Source: an uncultured Lachnospiraceae bacterium (GTDB lineage Bacteria; Bacillota; Clostridia; Lachnospirales; Lachnospiraceae). From it: a stretch of 61,674 bases of DNA. Below the pieces are notes generated by a model. The model was not told the origin of the DNA. It worked only from the letters and a program-made list of their open reading frames with translations, and did not search any database. Where the stretch lies: assembly GCA_964648695.1 (NCBI GenBank), contig CAZYLH010000002.1:1-61674 (forward strand), read 5' to 3'. Shown here piece after piece: positions 37,313-46,196 of this stretch (the first letter of the stretch is position 1; every line of letters begins with the position of its first letter). The position numbers and the translations under genes were made by a program.

Positions 37313-38266
37313 CTACAGCGCAAGATAGCCCAGAATGCACAAAACAGCTGTCACAATGGTAAACACACCGACAACCTGTGTCTCAGACCAGCCCCCAAGC
37401 TCAAAGTGATGATGGATGGGCGCCATGCGAAAAACTCTTTTCCCATGGGTGGCTTTAAAATATGCCACCTGAATGATAACAGATAGCATCTCCACCAGAT
37501 AAACCAGTCCCACTATCAAAATAAAAAGAGGCAGCTTCATGTAAAGAGCAACAGCTCCCACAAAGCCCCCCAACGCCAGAGAGCCGGTGTCCCCCATAAA
37601 GACCTTTGCGGGATGTACATTAAAAAGCAAAAATCCCATCAGCGCGCCCACAACTGCCCCCATTATGGGTGTAAGGCTGTAGCCGCCCGTTAGGGATACC
37701 ACACCAAAAAACGCCGCCACTAAGATGGTTACGCTACTGCAAAGTCCGTCCACTCCATCGGTAAAATTTACACCATTGTCCGTGCCCAGCATTACAATAT
37801 AGAAGAAAGGAATATAAAGCCACCCAAGGTCAATGGTTTTTCCTCCGGTAAACGGCACCACTATATCCGTCCCAATCTGCCCGACCTTTAAGATATATAC
37901 AAGAAACACCGTGGCGATGACAAATTGCCCAAACATCTTCATGGCGGGGGACAAGCCGTCAGTGTTTTTCTTTACCACTTTTAAATAGTCATCTAGGAAA
38001 CCTATGATGGCAAAACCAACCATGACAAAGAGCACCGGCAATACTCCGGCGTTTTCCCTCATAAAAAACAGTGCTGTAATGGTCGCCGCAAGCACAAAAG
38101 CGATACCTCCCATCGTGGGGGTTCCGGCCTTTTTTAAATGCTCCTTTGGGCCGTCGCTTCGCTCCTGCTGTCCAAACTTCAGTCTTTTAAGATGCGGAAT
38201 CAGCACCGGACAAAACACCGCGCTAAGTCCAAACGAAATCAATACCGCAAACAATGATTCTCTCAC
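37313..38266 (-). CDS. mraY: phospho-N-acetylmuramoyl-pentapeptide transferase
   Basis: GTPTMGG, FLDDYLKV, NFTDGVDGL, MGDTGSLALGG, APIHHHFE. Confidence 0.95.
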   Translation of the reverse strand: MRESLFAVLISFGLSAVFCPVLIPHLKRLKFGQQERSDGPKEHLKKAGTPTMGGIAFVLAATITALFFMRENAGVLPVLFVMVGFAIIGFLDDYLKVVKKNTDGLSPAMKMFGQFVIATVFLVYILKVGQIGTDIVVPFTGGKTIDLGWLYIPFFYIVMLGTDNGVNFTDGVDGLCSSVTILVAAFFGVVSLTGGYSLTPIMGAVVGALMGFLLFNVHPAKVFMGDTGSLALGGFVGAVALYMKLPLFILIVGLVYLVEMLSVIIQVAYFKATHGKRVFRMAPIHHHFELGGWSETQVVGVFTIVTAVLCILGYLAL

Positions 38267-38351
38267 GTCTATTACCCCTTTCTTCAGGAAATTCCGCTTT
38301 TTAGTTCTGTAAACCTCCCGAATGCGGTAATTATATCACAAATGCAAGGGA

Positions 38352-40565
38352 TTATCCATCCCCTGCATCATCTTGCGTCGTTTCAGTCTCTTCGGTTGTC
38401 TCAGTTTCCTCGTAAACTTCCTGCGTTGTCTCTGTTTCTTCAGAAATTTGTGAGGTTTCTTCTATGGCCTCTGTGGTTTCTGATGTCTCTTCAGTCTCAC
38501 CCTCATCCGAAAGAGTTTCTACGATACTTCCCTCATAGGAATCATCGATCGCCGCGGTGCTCTCCTCTGTTACAAGGTAATCATAATCCTCCAGGTTTGA
38601 CTGGATATTATAGTAAGGCAAAAGCTTTTCCCAGATTGCCTTGGAGATATCCTGCGCGGGCTTGCTGGAATTGTAATACTCCTCGTCGCTTGTGCGGTCC
38701 ACAACCACATATATCATAATCTCAGGATCATCAATAGGTGCGGCGGAGATAAAGGATAAAACCCACTCATCGTCAAGACGCTCTCCGTCCTCCACCATCT
38801 CGGCTGTACCGGTTTTTCCGCCGATATCATAGCCGGCGATCTGTGCATAAGTCGCAGTACCCTCCTCCACAACTGTAAGAAGAGCTTCCTTAAGATACTC
38901 GCTGGTAAGCGAGCTGATGGTTCTAAACTGAGCGGTGGTGTCAATAGTCTCGATCGTCACCCCGTCAGCAGTCTGAATCTCTTTTACAACGTGGGGAGTG
39001 TAATAATATCCGCCGTTAAAAATGGATGCCATGGCTGCCGCCATCTGAACCATCGTTACGTTAAAGCCCTGTCCAAAAGAAGCACATGCCAGCGTTACAT
39101 CCGGCTGAGTGGTAAAATCAGAGTACACAAGCGTAGCACAGTCAACCTCTCCGGGCAAATCTATTCCCGTCTTTTGACCAAAGCCGAATAAATTAAAATA
39201 TGTTGTAAATGTCTCCTTTCCCACAAGGCTTGCAATCTCCATCAGGGAAACATTACAGGAGTTTGCAAGAGATTCAAAGATGCTTATGGTTCCGCAGCCG
39301 TCCGTATTATGGCAATGAATGGTCCAGTCGTTTACAATGGAATACCCGCCGCAGTAAAAAATCTCACTGCCGGTCAAAATCCCCTCCTCAAGCGCCATGG
39401 CGATTGTAAGAGGTTTAAATACGGAGCCTGGCTCATACGAGGAGCTGATACAGTAATTCTGATAGATCTCGTTTAGTACCGCGGACTGTTCTTCCGAGGA
39501 TAGGGCATTCCACTCGCTCTCTGTATACCCGTCCGGCATGGCGGTCGGATCATTTAGATTATACGATGTGCCGGTCGCCATCGCAAGTATCTCCCCATTG
39601 TTCGGGTTCATCACAATGGCTGCAAGATTTTCCGTCTCATACTGCTCACTGTATTCCTGAAGAACCTCCTCCACAATGGCCTGTATCTCTACGTCAATGG
39701 TGGACACGACGGTATAGCCCTGCTCCGCCTCCACGGTCTCTGTTATTTTGTTATAATCGCTGTTGATATAGCCGTAGGTCACCCCCGCAGTACCGGTAAG
39801 CTCAGTGTCATAGCTCTTTTCGATTCCTGTGGAGGCATCGGTATAGTTTTCTGAATAGTGTCCGATAACCAGACACGCTAGGGAATCGTAAGGGTAGACT
39901 CTGTCATAACGGCGCTCAAACCACACACCCTGCAGCTGAAAGCTGGCATAGTCCTCATATGTGGCCTTGACCTCGTCCTCAGTCATATCAAAAAGATCCG
40001 CCAGCGCCGAAAGCTTTTCCGAGGTCTTTGAGACATTGACAGCGCTCACCTGCTCCTCATAGGCGGTCTTGACATCTGTGGAGACAACCAGGGCGGTCCC
40101 GTCCTCATCCCGGTATCTGTAATAAAGCGAGGATGAATTCTCCTCCAGAGTCTCAATAAGCTCCTCCCTGTCCACTCCGATGATCTTACAGAGCGCCTGA
40201 ATTGTCGCTTCATAGTAACTGCTGTCCTCATCCAAAATGATCTTTGGCTCTAATATTAACAGATATGAGGTCTCGCTGTAGGCGAGTATATTCCCGTTTC
40301 TGTCGGTGATGGTTCCTCTCGGTGCTGCCTCCTCTGTTCCGGAATAGCTGTAATTTGAGAGAACCTGTACAGAGTAGTCATCATAGTTCTCCGTATATAT
40401 CATGACAATTCTTCCAGCCAAAAGCAATAAAGCCAGCATCATCAATACAAACAGAAATGCCAGCTTTTTTGACATATAAGAATAAAATTTCCTGTTTTTT
40501 AATACCCAGATGCGCTTCCTGCCGGGAAGCGCGCGTCTGTCATCACTCTTGGGGTATTGCTTCAT
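38352..40565 (-). CDS. class B penicillin-binding protein (FtsI/SpoVD-like) with acidic Glu/Thr-rich C-terminal tail
   Basis: TM anchor, SVFK (SxxK), NSCN (SxN), GGKTGTAE (KTG). The start is uncertain: 40565 overlaps ftsL by 23 nt, and the alternative is the ATG at 40475. Confidence 0.9.
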   Translation of the reverse strand: MKQYPKSDDRRALPGRKRIWVLKNRKFYSYMSKKLAFLFVLMMLALLLLAGRIVMIYTENYDDYSVQVLSNYSYSGTEEAAPRGTITDRNGNILAYSETSYLLILEPKIILDEDSSYYEATIQALCKIIGVDREELIETLEENSSSLYYRYRDEDGTALVVSTDVKTAYEEQVSAVNVSKTSEKLSALADLFDMTEDEVKATYEDYASFQLQGVWFERRYDRVYPYDSLACLVIGHYSENYTDASTGIEKSYDTELTGTAGVTYGYINSDYNKITETVEAEQGYTVVSTIDVEIQAIVEEVLQEYSEQYETENLAAIVMNPNNGEILAMATGTSYNLNDPTAMPDGYTESEWNALSSEEQSAVLNEIYQNYCISSSYEPGSVFKPLTIAMALEEGILTGSEIFYCGGYSIVNDWTIHCHNTDGCGTISIFESLANSCNVSLMEIASLVGKETFTTYFNLFGFGQKTGIDLPGEVDCATLVYSDFTTQPDVTLACASFGQGFNVTMVQMAAAMASIFNGGYYYTPHVVKEIQTADGVTIETIDTTAQFRTISSLTSEYLKEALLTVVEEGTATYAQIAGYDIGGKTGTAEMVEDGERLDDEWVLSFISAAPIDDPEIMIYVVVDRTSDEEYYNSSKPAQDISKAIWEKLLPYYNIQSNLEDYDYLVTEESTAAIDDSYEGSIVETLSDEGETEETSETTEAIEETSQISEETETTQEVYEETETTEETETTQDDAGDG

Positions 40566-41091
40566 ACTGACTCACATACTCACTTTCCGTAGAATTAAAC
40601 CATATAACCTGATCCTTGCCGGGATACGACATTCCCAGCTCCTCAATTGCATACTCAAAGATCTCTGTGTAGTCAATTGAGGCCTCTATCGAGAGAAGAT
40701 TCGCATCATTTTGTTCCTGCTCAGTCTGAAGCTGCGAGGTCAGCGACTTAATATTTCTGATATGGTCATCAAGCTCACTCCTTGCTCCCACATAGTTGAT
40801 AAGGGAAACAGCCGCCGCTATCATGCATATGCCAACCACAATGAGTGACGGCAGATTAAACGCCTTTGCGTGAAGCAGCGCTCTGTCCTGTTTCTTTTTT
40901 CTACGCTTTGCCGGGACTGGTTGCCTGCTTGGTTCCTCAATCGGGGACCACTGGGGCTGCGCAGAACTGCGCACAGTGTTTCCGTCGATAACATTGCGTG
41001 TATTACCATAGTAGTATCTTGGATAAACCTCTGTTATTCTTCCTGTCCGCGAGGTTCTTTCTCTTGCCATATTTTGCCGCCTTTCTGTCAT
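40543..41091 (-). CDS. ftsL: FtsL-like cell division protein (single TM plus coiled coil)
   Basis: Its position between rsmH and the class B PBP, a basic N-tail, a TM helix ([19 protein letters not shown]), then a heptad-like region. 4-nt overlap with rsmH. Confidence 0.7.
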   Translation of the reverse strand: MTERRQNMARERTSRTGRITEVYPRYYYGNTRNVIDGNTVRSSAQPQWSPIEEPSRQPVPAKRRKKKQDRALLHAKAFNLPSLIVVGICMIAAAVSLINYVGARSELDDHIRNIKSLTSQLQTEQEQNDANLLSIEASIDYTEIFEYAIEELGMSYPGKDQVIWFNSTESEYVSQYEAIPQE

Positions 41092-42032
41092 GCCTCGCGC
41101 ACAAAGCAGCGAAGCTTAGCACTTCTGGAGCGTGGGTTTTGCTCCATCTCCTCCTCTGTAGGAATAACTGGCTTTCGATAAGCCACATGCCCTTTTGATA
41201 CCCGCCCGCAAACGCAGACCGGAAAGTCCGAAGGACAAATGCAAGGGTTTTCATTTTTCTTAAACGCAGCCTTTACAATCCTATCCTCAAGCGAGTGAAA
41301 CGTGATGATTGAAAGCCTTCCGCCCGGCTTTAACATATCTATCATGCCGTCAATTGAATTTTCTAAAACCTCAAGCTCCCTGTTGCATGCAATCCTAAGA
41401 GCCTGAAATGTTCGTTTTGCCGGATGCCCTCCACTAATCTGCGCCTTCTTTGGCATTGCACTGCGGATAATCTCTAAAAGCTGACCGGTGGAGTTCACGG
41501 CTTGCTTTTTTCTCTCTCGCACGATTGCCCTGGCTATATTTTTTGCAAAGTGCTCCTCCCCGTAATCACGAATGATACGGTAAAGCTCCTGCTCCTCATA
41601 GGTGTTTACAATATCCGCTGCCGTAAGAGGCGCCTGCTGATCCATGCGCATATCAAGAGGAGAGTCCTCTCTGTACGAAAAGCCTCTGGCAGGGTCGTCA
41701 AACTGGTGCGATGAAACGCCAAGATCCAGTAATATTCCGTCCACAGTACAGTATCCAAGCTCATAGAGAACCTCTTTCATCCTCTCAAAATTACTGTGAA
41801 CAATCAAAACTCTTTCCTTAAACGGCTCTAAGCGGGACGATGCGGCCTCTATAGCTTCCATATCCTGGTCAAGCCCGATAAGCCTTCCCTCTCCCTCAAG
41901 TCTTTTTACAATCTCTGTAGAATGACCTGCGCCTCCGAGAGTCCCGTCCACATAAATACCGTCCGGGCGTATATTAAGGCTCTCTATACTCTCCCAAAGT
42001 AAAACTGGAATGTGTGCAAATTCCATGATCAC
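41088..42032 (-). CDS. rsmH: 16S rRNA (cytosine1402-N4)-methyltransferase
   Basis: [38 protein letters not shown]. Confidence 0.95.
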   Translation of the reverse strand: MIMEFAHIPVLLWESIESLNIRPDGIYVDGTLGGAGHSTEIVKRLEGEGRLIGLDQDMEAIEAASSRLEPFKERVLIVHSNFERMKEVLYELGYCTVDGILLDLGVSSHQFDDPARGFSYREDSPLDMRMDQQAPLTAADIVNTYEEQELYRIIRDYGEEHFAKNIARAIVRERKKQAVNSTGQLLEIIRSAMPKKAQISGGHPAKRTFQALRIACNRELEVLENSIDGMIDMLKPGGRLSIITFHSLEDRIVKAAFKKNENPCICPSDFPVCVCGRVSKGHVAYRKPVIPTEEEMEQNPRSRSAKLRCFVREA

Positions 42033-42475
42033 ATACCCTTTGAGGCAAGGGCCTTTCCACTCTCAGCCATGGAAAAACCTTCATTATAAGCCTCCCAATT
42101 TTCTGGATTCCAAATTTCTAGGTGGTCTCCCACACCTTTTACTATCACTTCCATCTCCTGTTCCATGGAAGCATATTTGCGGTGCTCCGGCGTTAGCAGA
42201 ATTCTTCCCTGCTTATCTAAATCAAGCGGTTCTGCGCTTGAGAAGACATTTCTCTGCAGCTTTCTGATATTCTCATCTGAAAAAAACGGGGTATCCTCAA
42301 ACTTGTCCATGAGGGCCTCAAAATCCTCCTCACGGTAGAGATTTAAGCAGTCTTCCATTCCGATCGTTACGATCACATGCTCTCCGAGCTGCTCACGCCA
42401 CTTCGCGGGCACTGCCACTCTTCCCTTGGTGTCCAGCTTATTGCTGCGCGTTCCAATCATTCGTATTGCGCTCAT
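42029..42475 (-). CDS. mraZ: transcriptional regulator MraZ
   Basis: Two SpoVT/AbrB-like halves with [10 protein letters not shown] and [22 protein letters not shown]. Confidence 0.95.
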   Translation of the reverse strand: MSAIRMIGTRSNKLDTKGRVAVPAKWREQLGEHVIVTIGMEDCLNLYREEDFEALMDKFEDTPFFSDENIRKLQRNVFSSAEPLDLDKQGRILLTPEHRKYASMEQEMEVIVKGVGDHLEIWNPENWEAYNEGFSMAESGKALASKGM

Positions 42476-42501
42476 CTGGACACCTCCTTTCAGGAATTTT
42501 C

Positions 42502-42525
42502 CCCACTTTTCACCTCAGATTCACC
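42502..42525 (-). promoter_or_regulatory. three GTG-rich direct repeats (GGTGA-N6-GGTGA-N3-GTGGG) downstream of the mraZ -10: candidate MraZ operator
   Basis: Minus strand reads GGTGAatctgaGGTGAaaaGTGGGG. MraZ proteins bind arrays of GTG-containing direct repeats near their own promoter. The spacing here is irregular (11 and 8 nt). Confidence 0.3.
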
Positions 42526-42536
42526 GCTTACGGCCT

Positions 42537-42565
42537 ATTTTATAGCAATTTTTGAAAAAATTCAA
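42537..42565 (-). promoter_or_regulatory. sigmaA-type promoter of the dcw cluster (Pmra)
   Basis: Minus strand TTGAAT (42560-42565), 17-nt spacer, TAAAAT (42537-42542), about 60 nt upstream of the mraZ ATG. Confidence 0.6.
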
Positions 42566-42675
42566 TAGCCAAATGCGATTCTTCACATTTTTTTCGGGTA
42601 AAAAAATCGATTTCCTTGATCCTGCGCCGCAACGAAGGCTTTGAATAAGCTTCTTTTTGCGCTTCTCTTGCCATA

Positions 42676-42704
42676 TTGCGTCCTGCCTTTTTTGGTGATA
42701 TAAT
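42676..42704 (+). promoter_or_regulatory. sigmaA-type promoter with extended -10 for the helicase IV-like gene
   Basis: TTGCGT (42676-42681), 17-nt spacer, TGaTATAAT (42696-42704), 50 nt upstream of the ATG at 42754. Confidence 0.6.
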
Positions 42705-42753
42705 TAAAAACATCGAACTGACACTTAAAATTTGAGGGGTTGGATTTGAGAAG

Positions 42754-45700
42754 ATGGATACATATATAGGATTGATTTCCAAAATCTTTAAAAATAAAAG
42801 AACGACAGCCAATAAAGTCGCTGATAAGAATTCATTTAAGGATCCAAAATGCCAGAGTTTGCGAAACTTAAATGCTTATATGGACTCACTATTATCACAA
42901 AATCGCTATATTGCAAAAAGTGAATATCGCCAGGAGCTGCTTAGTGGCAAGAAAACCATTGAGTATTTTGGTGTACTTCAGAGCAGTCGGTTATTAAATG
43001 ATTTCTGTAAAAAGAACCGCCTTTCACTTTCCGCTGTCGAAAGAGCATTGTCAAAATATATGAACTTTGAAGCTCTTGTAGATAAGCATAATGAAACTTT
43101 TATTAGCCGCGCGATGATTGAAGAACAGGATTATCTGGATAATATTCTTCGTGATGTCGATCCCCAGATCAAGCTTGATGAGGATCAGCGCCGTGTTGTC
43201 CTGACGGATGAGGACTATTGTCTTGTCATTGCCGGCGCAGGTGCGGGAAAAACCACCACAGTTGCGGCAAAGGTCAAATATCTGGTTGAGAAAAAAGGCG
43301 TTAAACCCTCCCAGATTCTTGTTGTATCCTTCACCAATAAGGCCGTTCAGGAACTCCAAGATAAAGTCAACAAAGATTTGGCGATAGATTGTCCTATTGC
43401 CACCTTCCACTCAACCGGATATGCCATCTTAAGAAAGCGGTCACCGGAAAAACTTAATATTGTCGATGATTCTAAGCTATACTTTGTTTTGCAGGATTAT
43501 TTCAAAAGCTCTATATTAAAGAACGAAAGCCTCGTAAATAACCTGATTTTGTTCTTTGCCTCATATTTTGACGCTCCATATGAAGGGGACGATCTCAATA
43601 ATTTCTTCAACAAAATTGCAAAATCAAATTTTTCCACGATGCGAAGTGATCTTGAAGACTTTAAGCGAGATGTCCTTGACACCCGCACTAAGAAATCAGT
43701 TACGATTCAAAGTGAGGTATTGCGCTCCCATCAGGAGGTGGAGATCGCAAATTTTTTGTATTTGAATAATATCGACTATGAATATGAGCCGCTGTATAAG
43801 TATGATATCCTTTTATCAAGAAAGCCCTATACGCCCGACTTTATTATTCGCCAGGGCGATAGAGTTGCATATATTGAGCATTTTGGCATTACAGAGGACG
43901 GCAGAAACGATCGCTATAGCAGCGATCAGCTTGCGGCCTATAAAAGGGCTGTAAACGACAAAATCATTTTGCACAGGGACCATGGGACAGCTCTTATCTA
44001 TACCTTCTCGCAGTATTTAGACCGCAGACCCCTACTGGAGCATCTGCAGGAGGAGCTGGAAAAGAACGGCTTTGAATTACATCCCCGTTCAAACAAAGAG
44101 GTAATGGAAAAGCTTGTATCCTCTGAAGAGAGCCGTTATATAAGGAGACTCATCAGTCTGATATGCCGTTTTATCTCCAACTTTAAGGTAAACGGTTTTT
44201 CCGAGGACGAGTTTACCCGTATGTACCATTCAACCCAGAATGTGCGCACAAGGTTGTTTCTAAACATTTGCAATGACTGCTATCTGGAATATGCGCGTTA
44301 TCTGAAGGAAAATAATGCCATTGACTTCGAGGATATGATAAATGAATCCGCACGGTTCCTCAGAAAAGTCAAGGAAATGAAGCAAACCCTTGACTTCAAA
44401 TATATTATCGTAGACGAGTATCAGGATATTTCACGGCAAAGGTTTGATCTGGTGACAGCACTATCCGAGGTTACAGATGCCAAAATAATTGCTGTCGGCG
44501 ATGATTGGCAGTCGATTTATGCGTTTAGCGGCTCCGATATAACGCTCTTTACAAAGTTTGAAGAAAAAATGGGTTATGCAAAGCTTCTAAAGATTGTGAA
44601 GACCTATCGCAACTCGCAGGAGGTAATTGACATTGCCGGTAACTTTATCCAGAAAAACAAAGCGCAAATTCCAAAGGCACTAAAGTCTCCCAAAAATATC
44701 GTTGACCCTGTTATTATCTACACATATGACGGAAGCCGAAAAAGACTAAATGCCAATAATAGAAGCGGCGCAAATTACGCAATTGCACATGCCGTAGAGG
44801 TTGCGATTGAGCAGATCATTAAATTTAACAAACAGGAAGGAAAGCCTGAGAATTCTTCTATCCTACTGCTTGGCAGGTATGGCTTTGATGGTGATAAATT
44901 AGAAAAATCGGGGTTGTTTGAATACATCGCCAGGGGAAATAAACTCAGAAGCGTAAAATATCCGAGACTCAACATCACGTTTATGACAGCCCACGCCTCA
45001 AAGGGCTTAGGATATGATAATGTCATTGTTGTAAATGGGCGCAATGAGACATACGGCTTTCCTTCAAAGATTGAGGATGACCCCGTTCTTGCGTTTGTGA
45101 TCAAAGGTGATCGCTCCATCGATTACGCCGAAGAACGCCGTCTGTTTTACGTTGCAATGACAAGAACTAAGAATCGCGTTTATTTTATTGCCCCCGAGCA
45201 AAACCCCTCTGAATTTCTACTCGAGCTAAAGCGCGATTATAAAAATGTCATCCTGCGCGGTAATTGGAACGAAGAACCGCCACAAAATAATCTTGCGAGA
45301 AAAACCTGTCCCATTTGTGGTTATCCTTTGCAATTACGCTATAAAAATGCCTATGGATTACGGTTGTTTCTCTGTACTAACGATCCTGAGGTTTGTTCAT
45401 TTATGACCAATGACTATAAGGGCGGGAAGCTCTCTATTCTTAAATGTGATCGGTGCCAAGATGGCTATCTTGTCGTCAAACCAGGAATAAACAACGGTTA
45501 TTTTCTTGGATGCACAAATTACCAGAAAAACGGCACGGGATGTGGAAGTTTTATTTCTTCTACGAGTTATTATAGAATGTTCAAGCTTGAGCCTGATCCT
45601 GCTCCTGCAAAAGAGTCTGCTTCACCGTCAAATACAAGTCGGTCGGCTGGATCTAAACACAAAAAAAGCGTGTCATCATCTGCGTCAGCATCAAATGCTA

Positions 45701-46131
45701 AACAATCGTCAGAATCCAAGCACGAGGAAAGCACGGTGATAAAGGAGGCAAATGTTAAAGCGGTTATGTTCAATGATGAGGATCTGAATGACATTGTCCA
45801 TACTGTTTTGCAATGCCTCTCTCACATCAATGAGAAACATTTTTACGGCATACATTTTTTAGCAGATGTGCTTCGCGGAGCAGGCGATGGGACAAACGGC
45901 GAGCGTATTATAGAGGCTGGGTTTGACAAACTGCCGGAGTATGGAAAACTAAGCCCGATCAGTCGTGATGATGTGATTACCATCATAGGGTGGTTAATCG
46001 AAAATCACTTTATACTGAGAACAAAGCATTATAGATACCCTGTTCTTCACCTGACTTATGAGGGTATACATTATGATGAAACCATCACGGCAAATAAGCT
46101 TAAAAAGCTTCTCGCAAAATTAAATTCCTAG
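42754..46131 (+). CDS. helicase IV (HelD)-like SF1 helicase with nuclease-like insert, two topoisomerase-type C4 zinc ribbons and an RQC-like winged-helix tail
   Basis: 1125 aa. LDEDQRRVV, AGAGAGKTTT, TFHS, VDEYQD, GDDWQSIYAFSGSD, YRNSQEV, TAHASKGLGYDNVIVV, EERRLFYVAMTRTKNRVY. The RBS is weak (GAGGGG is 14 nt away), so the exact start is uncertain. Confidence 0.85.
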   Translation: MDTYIGLISKIFKNKRTTANKVADKNSFKDPKCQSLRNLNAYMDSLLSQNRYIAKSEYRQELLSGKKTIEYFGVLQSSRLLNDFCKKNRLSLSAVERALSKYMNFEALVDKHNETFISRAMIEEQDYLDNILRDVDPQIKLDEDQRRVVLTDEDYCLVIAGAGAGKTTTVAAKVKYLVEKKGVKPSQILVVSFTNKAVQELQDKVNKDLAIDCPIATFHSTGYAILRKRSPEKLNIVDDSKLYFVLQDYFKSSILKNESLVNNLILFFASYFDAPYEGDDLNNFFNKIAKSNFSTMRSDLEDFKRDVLDTRTKKSVTIQSEVLRSHQEVEIANFLYLNNIDYEYEPLYKYDILLSRKPYTPDFIIRQGDRVAYIEHFGITEDGRNDRYSSDQLAAYKRAVNDKIILHRDHGTALIYTFSQYLDRRPLLEHLQEELEKNGFELHPRSNKEVMEKLVSSEESRYIRRLISLICRFISNFKVNGFSEDEFTRMYHSTQNVRTRLFLNICNDCYLEYARYLKENNAIDFEDMINESARFLRKVKEMKQTLDFKYIIVDEYQDISRQRFDLVTALSEVTDAKIIAVGDDWQSIYAFSGSDITLFTKFEEKMGYAKLLKIVKTYRNSQEVIDIAGNFIQKNKAQIPKALKSPKNIVDPVIIYTYDGSRKRLNANNRSGANYAIAHAVEVAIEQIIKFNKQEGKPENSSILLLGRYGFDGDKLEKSGLFEYIARGNKLRSVKYPRLNITFMTAHASKGLGYDNVIVVNGRNETYGFPSKIEDDPVLAFVIKGDRSIDYAEERRLFYVAMTRTKNRVYFIAPEQNPSEFLLELKRDYKNVILRGNWNEEPPQNNLARKTCPICGYPLQLRYKNAYGLRLFLCTNDPEVCSFMTNDYKGGKLSILKCDRCQDGYLVVKPGINNGYFLGCTNYQKNGTGCGSFISSTSYYRMFKLEPDPAPAKESASPSNTSRSAGSKHKKSVSSSASASNAKQSSESKHEESTVIKEANVKAVMFNDEDLNDIVHTVLQCLSHINEKHFYGIHFLADVLRGAGDGTNGERIIEAGFDKLPEYGKLSPISRDDVITIIGWLIENHFILRTKHYRYPVLHLTYEGIHYDETITANKLKKLLAKLNS
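43705..43908 (+). other. restriction-endonuclease-like (PD-(D/E)xK-like) insert within helicase domain 1
   Basis: RSHQEVEIANFLYLNNIDYEYEPLY...YTPDFIIRQGDRVAYIEHFG. It has the Glu...PD...E-x-x layout, but no Lys after the Glu, so catalytic competence is uncertain. Confidence 0.4.
45304..45546 (+). other. two topoisomerase-type C4 zinc-ribbon modules
   Basis: CPICGYPLQLRYKNAYGLRLFLCTNDPEVC and CDRCQDGYLVVKPGINNGYFLGCTNYQKNGTGC. Confidence 0.65.
45766..46068 (+). other. RecQ RQC-like winged-helix module
   Basis: FLADVLRGAGDGTNGERIIEAGFDKLPEYGKLSPISRDDVITIIGWLIENHFILRTKHYRYPVLHLTYEG parallels the RecQ VLRG...L..yG.g...s...W...i..Li..g.l...........L.LT..g pattern. Confidence 0.5.
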
Positions 46132-46196
46132 CCCCCTTTGAAAAAAGCTTTCCAAAAGGCCTCCTGCCAAAAAAGAATCAGAAAGGAGCAATGTAT

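Noticed and set aside
42540-42812. 90-aa minus-strand ORF (with a 44-aa internal ATG version, MAREAQKEAYSK...) between mraZ and the helicase gene
   Set aside because: It spans both divergent promoters and ends inside the Pmra -10. Its 5' part is antisense to the helicase start. Only a weak GGCAGGA RBS precedes the internal ATG, and it has no recognisable motifs. A real small protein cannot be excluded, but it is not supportable from sequence alone.
42551-46155. The sequence TTTGAAAAAA is present on both sides of the helicase IV-like gene (about 42551-42560 and 46138-46147), a possible target-site duplication
   Set aside because: It is a 10-nt low-complexity A/T string that is expected by chance in AT-rich spacers. 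The left copy lies within the Pmra promoter spacer. There are no flanking inverted repeats or recombinase, so it is not evidence for a discrete insertion.
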